Source of the DNA: Macrostomum lignano
Taxonomy: Eukaryota
Reading direction: 5' to 3'
Length of the DNA: 64,000 nucleotides
Assembly (NCBI GenBank): GCA_002269645.1
Contig: NIVC01000863.1
Span: 62,001-126,000 of the forward strand
The notes below the pieces were generated by a model that worked only from the letters and a program-made list of their open reading frames with translations, searched no databases and was not told the DNA's origin. This document shows, one piece after another, positions 43,820 through 59,100 of this stretch; the stretch's first letter is position 1, and each line of letters opens with the position of its first letter. A program made the position numbers and the translations under genes.

Positions 43820-45010
43820 TGCTACCCTCTCCTACCCTCTTCTACCCTCTTCTACCCTCTCCTATCCTCTTCTACCCTCTCCTACCCTCTTCTACCCTCT
43901 CCTACCCTCTTCTACCCTCTCATATTCTCTCCTAGCCTCTCCTACCCTCTCCTACCCTCTCCTACCCTCTCCTACCCTCTTCTACCCTCTGATATTCTCT
44001 CCTAGCCCTCCTACCCTCTCCTACCCTCTCCTACCCTCTCCTACCCTCTCCTACCCTCTTCTACCCTCTCATATTCTCTCCTAGCCCTCCTACCCTCTCC
44101 TACCCTCTCCTACCCTCTCCTACCCTCTTCTACCCTCTCCTACACTCTTCTACCCTCTCATATTCTCTCCAAGCCTCTCCTAGCCTCTCCTACCCTCTCC
44201 TATCCCCTCCTACCCTCTCCTACCCTCTCCTAGCCTCTCCTACCCTCTCCTACCCTCTCCTACCCTCTCCTACCCTCTTCTACCCTCTCATATTCTCTCC
44301 TAGCCCTCCTACCCTCTCCTACCCTCTCCTACCCTCTTCTACCCTCTCCTACACTCTTCTACCCTCTCATATTCTCTCCAAGCCTCTCCTAGCCTCTCCT
44401 ACCCTCTTCTACCCTCTCCTACACTCTTCTACCCTCTCATATTCTCTCCAAGCCTCTCCTAGCCTCTCCTACCCTCTCCTATCCCTCCTACCCTCTCCTA
44501 CCCTCTTATATTCTCTCCTACCCTCTCCTACCCTCTTATATTCTCTCCTACCCTCTCCTACCCTCTCATATTCTCTCCTAGCCTCTCCTACCCTCTCCTA
44601 CTCTCTCCTATCCCCTCCTATCCTCTCCTACCCTCTCCTACCCTCTCCTACCCTCTCCTATCCCCTCCTAGCCTCTCCTAGCCTCTCCTACCCTCTCCTA
44701 CCCTCTCCTACCCTCTTATATTCTCTCCTACCCTCTCCTACCCTCTCATATTCTCTCCTAGCCTCTCCTACCCTCTCCTACTCTCTCCTATCCCCTCCTA
44801 TCCTCTCCTACCCTCTCCTACCCTCTCCTACCCTCTCCTACCCTCTCCTATCCCCTCCTAGCCTCTCCTAGCCTCTCCTACCCTCTCCTATCCCCTCCTA
44901 TCCTCTCCTACCCTCTCCTACCCTCTCCTACCCTCTCATATTCTCTCCTACCCTCTCCTACCCTCTCCTATCCTATCCTACCCTCTCTTGCTCTCTCCAA
45001 CCTCTCCTAC
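43820..45010. repeat. 10-bp minisatellite (CTACCCTCTC)
   Basis: Direct. Confidence 0.93.
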
Positions 45011-45619
45011 TCCCTTCATCCCCTTAGAACTCACTTCTTAACCCTTTTACCGACTTTCTCCATCGTTTTTCATCACACTGAATCGAACTGCTGAGTCATA
45101 CAATACTAGCGAAAAATTTCGCTGTAAAGAAATCTTTAACGATAAAAGCGCACTATAGGCCTAACAGTAGCACGCAGCGATGCGAACATTGGCTTTTTAT
45201 TAATAGTTTTTTGCAAACTGAAGCAAGAAAAAAACCTAAAAGTGATATTCCATAGAAATTTTAATAAATTTCTTCAGCTAGCTAAAAGGTTACCGTACTG
45301 CGCAATAACCTTGCAGACACAGGGGTAAAACACACACATGTTCACCGCATGCACTCTGCGGCGTGAAAACGAGGATATTGAAATATAGGATGCAAAAGTT
45401 TTAGTGACATTTAAAACCTTTTTTATTCAAGTTGGAATTCCATGGGTCTTCGGATTCTGTCTATCTGTTCGTCTAATTGCCCAATAGAAGAAAGAACATA
45501 TTGTAGAGGTACGCATTTCACGCATTTTTTGTTTATCTATGCATTTGACTGAACTTTCCGTGACTGAATATAGTGCAAGTGAATATCAGAGTTGAAAATC
45601 AGTCTGGAGTGGGTTAGAG

Positions 45620-47045
45620 ACAGAAGAGGAGAGAGAGAAGAGAGAGAAGAGAGAGGAGAGAGATGAGTAGAGAGAGGAGAGAGATGAGTAGAGAGAGGAG
45701 AGAGATGAGTAGAGAGAGGAGAGAGTTGAGTAGAGAGAGGAGAGAGTTGAGTAGAGAGAGGAGAGAGATGAGTAGAGAGAGGATAGAGATGAGTAGAGAT
45801 GAGGAGAGAGGAGAGAGAGAAGAGAGAGAAGAGAGATGAGGAGAGATGAGGAGAGAGGAGAGAGAGGAGAGAGATGAGTAGAGAGAGGAGAGAGATGAGT
45901 AGAGAGAGGAGAGAGTTGAGTAGAGAGAGGAGAGAGTTGAGTAGAGAGAGGAGAGAGATGAGTAGAGAGAGGATAGAGATGAGTAGAGATGAGGAGAGAG
46001 GAGAGAGAGAAGAGAGAGAAGAGAGATGAGGAGAGATGAGGAGAGAGGAGAGAGAGGAGAGAGATGAGTAGAGAGAGGAGAGAGATGAGGAGAGATGAGG
46101 AGAGAGGAGAGAGAGGAGAGAGATGAGTAGAGAGAGGAGAGAGATGAGGAGAGATGAGGAGAGAGGAGAGAGAGGAGAGAGATGAGTAGAGAGAGGAGAG
46201 AGATGAGTAGAGAGAGGAGAGAGTTGAGTAGAGAGAGGAGAGAGTTGAGTAGAGAGAGGAGAGAGATGAGTAGAGAGAGGAGAGAGTTGAGTAGAGAGAG
46301 GATAGAGATGAGTAGAGAGAGGAGAGAGATGAGTAGAGAGAGGAGAGAGATGAGTAGAGAGAGAGATGAGTAGAGAGAGAGATGAGTAGAGAGAGGAGAG
46401 AGATGAGTAGAGAGAGGATAGAGATGAGTAGAGAGAGGAAGGAGATAAGTAGAGAGAGGATAGAGATGAGTAGAGAGAGGAGAGAGATGAGTAGAGAGAG
46501 AGGAGAGAGATGAGTAGAGAGAGGAGAGAGATGAGTAGAGAGAGGAGAGAGATGAGTAGAGAGAGGAGAGAGATGAGTAGAGAGAGAGATGAGTAGAGAG
46601 AGGAGAGAGATGAGTAGAGAGAGGAAGGAGATAAGTAGAGAGAGGATAGAGATGAGTAGAGAGAGGATAGAGATGAGTAGAGAGAGGAGAGAGATGAGTA
46701 GAGAGAGGAGAGAGATGAGTAGAGAGAGGAGAGAGATGAGTAGAGAGAGGAGAGAGATGAGTAGAGAGAGGAGAGAGATGAGTAGAGAGAGAGATGAGTA
46801 GAGAGAGGAGAGAGATGAGTAGAGAGAGGATAGAGATGAGTAGAGAGAGGAGAGAGATGAGTAGAGAGAGGAGAGAGATGAGTAGAGAGAGGAGAGAGAT
46901 GAGTAGAGAGAGGAGAGAGTTGAGTAGAGAGAGGATAGAGATGAGTAGAGAGAGGAGAGAGATGAGTAGAGAGAGGAAGGAGATGAGTAGAGAGAGGATA
47001 GAGATGAGTAGAGAGAGGAGAGAGATGAGTAGAGAGAGGAGAGTG
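45620..47045. repeat. 21-bp purine-rich minisatellite (GATGAGTAGAGAGAGGAGAGA)
   Basis: Direct. Confidence 0.93.
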
Positions 47046-47083
47046 ACGAAGAAAGAGAGGAGAGATATAGGAAAGGGGGAGAG

Positions 47084-51960
<4,877 letters not shown>

Positions 51961-52679
51961 ACCCCACCAGCTCAGAATAACAAAACCAACTTTATTTCGA
52001 ATATAAAATTTAATGTTAATAAAAGTAAAAAAACATGAATTGTTCGTTGCATAGCTAACAGTCAGATTATTTATTTAATGAAATACAGAAATAACTTTAT
52101 TGCAAAGATAACTAGAAAGGCAATAGTCTGACAAAATAGTTTAAAAAACTACGTTATTTATCGTATTTCTAAGAAAACGAACACAACAAAAATATGTGGT
52201 TTAAATAATTGCAATGATTACAATTTTTAACAAATTATGACTGGTAAAATAAGATTCGAGTCAATATTGTCAACTTTTCATTAATTTCACTTCACCATAG
52301 AAAACTAAATTGCACACGTGAAATTTAAATTTAAAAGTCTAAAACGACAACAACCATTAAAACAAAACATGCCGCGTTTGATTTGATTTATAAAAATAGT
52401 TTTTTGTACACAGATGCTCTTCAAAAGTTTTAATTGACCAAAATAATGTACAAAAAATCATACGAAAAATTATTTTAAAAATGACAAAGAATGAGAAACC
52501 CATTGCTGCATCCTTTTTACATAGAGTTTTACTAAATGAATTTAAAATATGGCTAGAGATAAAACGATATCGCAAACAATCGAAACTGACTAGTTAACAG
52601 ACTTTAATCATCTGAATCCAAAAAATGAATACTGAGTGAGAGCAGGCAGTAGCTGTGACACTTCCTTTGATACTTGTAC

Positions 52680-53105
52680 ATTATGGCTTCTACGTGTTAG
52701 ATATTGGCTTCTACCTGTTAGATATTGGATTCTACCTGTTAGATACTAACTTCTGCCTGTTAGATATTGGCTTCTACCTGTTGGGTTTTGGCTTCTATTT
52801 GTTATACATTGGCTTCTACCTGTTAGATACTAGCTTCTGCCAGTTAGATATTGGATTCTACCAGTTGGATACTAGCTTCTACGTGTTAGATACTAGCTTC
52901 TACCTGTTAGATATTGGATTCCACCTGTTAGATATGGGTTCTACCTGTTAGATATTAGCTTCTACCTGTTAGATATTGGATTCTACCTGTTAGATATGGG
53001 ATTCTACCTGTTAGATATTAGCTTCTACCTGTTAGATTCTAGCTTCTACCTGTTAGATATTGGCTTCTACCTGTTAGATATCAGCTTCTACCTGTTAGAT
53101 ATTGG
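52680..53105. repeat. 21-bp minisatellite (TTCTACCTGTTAGATATTGGC) immediately 3' of the NCAM-like stop
   Basis: Direct. Confidence 0.92.
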
Positions 53106-53113
53106 CATTAGTT

Positions 53114-56100
53114 TCAACGCCAAACAAAGCCAGCTTGCACAGACCACACGGCGGCAGCAGCGAACAGCCACTCCTTGCCGAAGGTGCCTCGACGCCCCAG
53201 GCCGCCGCTGCCGCGGCTGCTCCTCCAGCCGACTACATCTACATCGTGGGGCTTCATCGGCGTCCTGAACACCAGGACCTCGCTGCGCTCAGACAGACCC
53301 AAACTGTTGCCAACTCGAACCTGGATTTCGTAGTGCGCGCCCGGCAACAGGCGCTCGATTCGATAGGCGGTCTGTCCGGGCGGCAGCCGGGGGTTCAGCG
53401 AGTGCCAGCCGGTCAGCACTCGACGGACAACCGGCCGATTGTCCGGCCCGGCCTCGGCCAGCACCTGTCGGATGCGGATGCGATAGCGGTCCACGGGCAG
53501 GCCGCCATTGTTCAGCACCCGCCAGCGCAGCAGGAACGCTCGAGGGTCCTCGCTGAAGAAGTCTTCAACTAGGCGGAAGCTGGTTGGCGGCGTGAGTTCC
53601 CCGGTGGTGTAGTTGATGCTGGCGCGACCGCCCACTCCAGCGAGGTTTCTGGCGGCGATGTACACCTTGTAGTTGGTGTTGGGCTGCAGGTAGCGGATCT
53701 GCAACCGAGTCAGGCGGAAAAGCTTGGTTAGAAGAGCTGGTTTGCAATTTCCTTAGCTGGTGTTTTAAGACCTGTGATTTATGGACTAATAATGTTCCCT
53801 GGTGCCAAAGCCCCTGGTGCTAAAACCACTGGTGATAAAGCCACTGGTGCTGGCGCCCCTGGTGCTGGCGCCCCTGCTGCTGGCGCCCCTGCTGCTGGCG
53901 CCCCTGCTGCTGGCGCCCCTGCTGCTGGCGCCCCTGCTGCTGGCGCCACTGGTACTGGCGCCCCTGGTGCTGGCGCCCCTCCCCCAGCTCACGGTGATTC
54001 GGCCGTCATCCAGGTTGAATGCTGCCGGCCCGATCTCGGGTCCATCGTTGACCCTGTAGTTCAGCTCGTAGCCGACCAGGCGGACTCCGCCGGTGTCCTC
54101 GGGCGGCACAATGGCGAAGGCCAGGCTGGTTGGCGTGCTCTCCTCCTTGTTGATGATCACATCCGGTGTGCCCGGCCGTCTGGCCTCCAGCAGCAGCACC
54201 GCGGGAGACTCAACCGAGCCGAACTGATTGGTTGCTAGGCAAACGTACCGGCCGAACACGGGCGCGCCGGGAGCGAGTGGCGACACTCGAAGCGTCGATG
54301 TGGACGCGTCGCTCGGTTTGGCGACGTCCTCGGAGGTCGCCGAGACGCCCGGAGTGTCCAGCAGAGGCAGCGGAACTCCGTTGAGCTGCCAGGTGATGTC
54401 TGGCGGCGGATTGCCGCGAGCTGAGCAGCGCAGCAGCGTCTCGTGATGCTGCCAGGTGTACCGTTGTGCCGGCTGGGACGGCTCCAGCACCTGCGGCGGG
54501 TACAGCACCTCCAGCAGGCCTGTGTAGGTTGCCGTACCTGACAGGGTGCTGGCGATGCAGGTGTACCTGCCGCCGTCCGACGGTTGGAGGTCTACTCAAA
54601 ATTTATGGGGGGTGGGTTTTAAGGGGAGCATTGTGAGTTGTTTTTTGAATTTTATTAGCTCGTAATATAAGTTCTTTGAGACAATTGAAATATGAAGGGT
54701 ATAAGTTTCTGAGGGATTTGAGTTTATTGAGACTTGAGTTTATAGGGATTTAAGTTTACTGAGATTTGAGTTTATTGAGATTTGAGTTTATTGAGATTTG
54801 AGTTTATTGAGATTTGAGTTTATTGAGATTTGAGTTTATTGAGATTTGAGTTTATTGAGATTTGAGTTTATTGAGATTTAAGTTTATTGGGATCTGAGTT
54901 TATTGAGATTTGAGTTTATTGGGATCTGAGTTTATTGAGATTTGAGTTTATTGAGATTTGAGTTTATTGAGATTTGAGTTTATTGAGATTTGAGTTTATT
55001 GAGATTTGAGTTTATTGAGATTTGAGTTTATTGGGATCTGAGTTTATTGAGATTTTAGTTTATTGGGGTCTGAGTTTATTGAGATTTAAGTTTATTGGGA
55101 TCTGAGTTTATTGAGATTTGAGTTTATTGGGACTTGAGCTTATTAGAATTGAGTTTATTGAAATATGAGTTTATTGAGATTTGAGTTTATTGGGATTTGA
55201 GTTTATAGGGATATTTTTTTAATTGGTATTTGGAGCATTGAAGCAAGGTATTATGGATCGAAAAAATAAGTCTCAATGCGAGGCCGCAAGGAGTAATGGG
55301 GGAATCACAGGCTTCATTTGCCTTGAACAAGTAATAAGCAATGAAAGGCATTTTCGCCACTGGATATAATAATTAATCATATGTAAATTATAGCATGCAC
55401 TTCTCCATCTAGATCTTCCCCGCCTTTAGTCTCTAAGGGTTTTGCGCGCGCATTCTATTCTCTCAGTCAAGTGATAAATGGCATTGGCTTGTTCTCGATT
55501 TCTCATCTCTCAATCCCGGGATTTGAGCTGGCGGGATTAGACTTGAGGCCTGGAAGGTCGAATTACCAATTCATCTGGGTGGGGATTAAACAAATCATTG
55601 GGCTGTCATCTCCCTAAACAAATAGTACTTATGTCGTACACTTGGTGCATTCAATCAGGGTGACGCTATTTTTGACAACAAAAACAGAATATAGGATCTA
55701 TAATTTGGGATCTGGGGTTTATTTATTAAGTATTAATATATCCAACAGGTAGAATTCCATATTTAACAGGTCGAATTCCATATCTAACAGGTCGAATTCC
55801 ATATCTAACAGGTCGAATTCCATATCTAACAGGTCGAATTCCATATCTAACAGGTCGAATTCCACATCTAACTGGTCTAATTCCATATCTAACAGGTCGA
55901 ATTCCACATCTAACAGGTCTAATTCCATATCTAACAGGTCTAATTCCATATCTAACAGGTCTAATTCCATATCTAGCAGGTCGAATTCCATATCTAACAG
56001 GTGGAATTCCATATCTAAAAGGTCGAATTCCATATCTAAAAGGTCGAATTCCATATCTAACAGGTCTAATTCCACATCTAACAGGTCGAATTCCATATCT

Positions 56101-59100
56101 AACAGGTCGAATTCCATATCTAACAGGTCGAATTCCATATCTAACAGGTCGAATTCCATATCTAACAGGTCTAATTCCATATCTAGCAGGTCGAATTCCA
56201 TATCTAGCAGGTCGAATTCCATATCTAACAGGTCGAATTCCACATCTAACATGTAAAATCCCATATCTATTAGGTAGAATCCCATATCTAACAGGTAGAA
56301 TCCCATATCTAACAGGTAGAACCCCACATTGAACATGTCAAATCTCATATCGATTAAGGTACGAATCCTCCTACTTTCAACACCAGTTCCCTCACCTTTA
56401 ATCTCCATCTTCAGCTTGGCATAGCTGGAGTTCTTCTCCTCCTTTAGCAGTACCCGGCTAGACATTGCCGTCAGGGCGTCTGCTTCAACGCCTCCATCGC
56501 TCTCGCGCTGGAATTTCAACCCGATGTCGGCCGCGTCGGCACCTTGGGCACGACAGCTCAGAGCGGCGCTGCCGCCCACCGCAGCCGAGGCGTGCATGAG
56601 GGACTTCTCCGTGATCCGAGGTTTGTAAATCACCTGAGGTGTCAGCCTTTGGCGAATGGTTGGCAGGAGGATTTATGCTAATCCTGGATTTGGAAAATAA
56701 ACTTTGCTTATATCTGGGATCTAGGATCTGGGATCTAGGATCTGGGATCTAGGATCTGGGATCTAGGATCTGGGATCTAGGATCTGGGATCTAGGATCTG
56801 GGATCTAGGATCTGGGATCTAGGATCTGGGATCTAGGATCTGGGATCTAGGATCTGGGATCTAGGATCTGGGATCTAGGATCTGGGATCTAGGATCTGGG
56901 ATCTAGGATCTGGGATCTAGGATCTGGGATCTAGGATCTGGGATCTAGGATCTGGGATCTAGGATCTGGGATCTAGGATCTGGGATCTAGGATCTGGGAT
57001 CTAGGATCTGGGATCTAGGATCTGGGATCTAGGATCTGGGATCTAGGATCTGGGATCTAGGATCTGGGATCTAGGATCTGGGATCTAGGATCTGGGATCT
57101 AGGATCTGGGATCTAGGATCTGGGATCTAGGATCTGGGATCTAGGATCTGGGATCTAGGATCTGGGATCTAGGATCTGGGATCTAGGATCTGGGATCTAG
57201 GATCTGGGATCTAGGATCTGGGATCTAGGATCTGGGATCTAGGATCTGGGATCTAGGATCTGGGATCTAGGATCTGGGATCTAGGATCTGGGATCTAGGA
57301 TCTGGGATCTAGGATCTGGGATCTAGGATCTGGGATCTAGGATCTGGGATCTAGGATCTGGGATCTAGGATCTGGGATCTAGGATCTGGGATCTAGGATC
57401 TGGGATCTAGGATCTGGGATCTAGGATCTGGGATCTAGGATCTGGGATCTAGGATCTGGGATCTAGGATCTGGGATCTGTACTAATATGCATCACAGACT
57501 AGCAGGGATTACATCGATCAATACTAGCTATCATTGCTACATGTGACCCTTGCCTGAGTAACTGCCCAATCCCCCTTTGCAGAAATCCCTACATTTATTT
57601 ACTTTCCTCTTCAATCTGCCCTGCCCAGATACACAAAATAGACCCAAAGTGCGTCCTCTTTAGGGGAAATTTTCCATGCAATTAAGTGGGCTCTTGAAGC
57701 AAAAATTAAGGATATTATCCCTACTCTAAATGCGAATGCAAACCTGATACCCCCTGTCTACACCCACCGCTTGCTGAATCAGCTGCTCTGGGTGAATAAT
57801 TTTCTGAGAGGCACAAAATCGAAGTTGCCAGATCGATCAGCTGTTTAGTTGGAGAGTTTTTGGCAGTACTTGATGCAGCGGCATTAGAAGATTTTCCAGA
57901 TTTCATGTTGCCAACCCGTCTGCTTTGATGCCTGCTGCTTGCATATTCGTCCTATAGCTAGCATGATTTTGCTTGTGTTGAAAGAATTGGCCTGTTTTTT
58001 ATTGTCTACCATCCTTTGTCTCTGTCTCTCGTTTCTCTCTCCTTTCCTCTCTCTTCCTCTCTCCCTTCATCTCTCTCCCTTTATCTCTCCCTTCATCTCT
58101 CTTCCTCTCTCTCCCTTCCTCTCTCCCTTCCTTTCTCCCTTCCTCTCTCCCTCTCTCTCTTCCTCTCTCTTCCTCTCTCTTCCTCTCTCTCCCTTCCTCT
58201 CTCCTTTCATTTCTCCCTTCCTCTCTCCCTTCCTCTCTCTTCCTCTCTCTCCCTTCCCCTCTCCCTTCGTCTCTCTTCCTCTCTCTCCCTTCATTTCTCT
58301 TCCTCTCTCTCCCTTCCTCTCTCCCTTCCTTTCTCCCTTCCTCTCTCCCTCTCTCTTCCTCTCTCTCCCTTCCTCTCTCCTTTCATTTCTCCCTTCCTCT
58401 CTCCCTTCCTCTCTCTTCCTCTCTCTCCCTTCCCCTCTCCCTTCATCTCTCTTCCTCTCTCTCCCTTCCTCTCTCCCTTCATCTCTCCCTTCATTTCTCT
58501 TCCTCTCTCTCCCTTCCTCTCTCCCTCCATCTCTCTTCCCCTCTCTCCCTTTATCTCTCCCTTCATCTCTCTTCCTCTCTCTCCCTTCCTCTCTCCCTTC
58601 CTTTCTCCCTTCCTCTCTCCCTCTCTCCCTTCCTCTCTCTTCCTCTCTCTCCCTTCGAGATCCTTTCATTTCTCCCTTCCTCTCTCTTCCTCTCTCTCCC
58701 TTCCTAGGAATAAATAGGAATTTAAGTCTCTAAGCTACAAGATAAAGTCGGATATTCTACTGGCTTATGAAGGAAAGGAAAGAAGGGTTTGGCTTTCTAC
58801 GAGTCCAAAAAGTACCATTATCCATCGGCCAAAATTGAACGCCCACATACTCTAATTATTAATAATTAACGAGCCAAGTGAGTAGCAGGTTCAAGACTCC
58901 CAGAGGTGCTAATTGTTTTGTTAATCCTACAGTAATCTGCCCAACAACACTACTGAAACAGGCTGCTGCATTGCTAAAGCATGCCCCATCGATTGAGGCC
59001 ATGGAGAACACTTTAATAGAACCTGGATCGGGGAACTCCAATCTCTGTTGCTTGGATTCCAATACTCTAGAACTAGTAGTCCATGGCCCGCAGATGGCAG

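Noticed and set aside
53774-54238. Plus-strand ORFs overlapping NCAM-like exons (also 60407-61537)
   Set aside because: Antisense shadows of GC-rich coding sequence.
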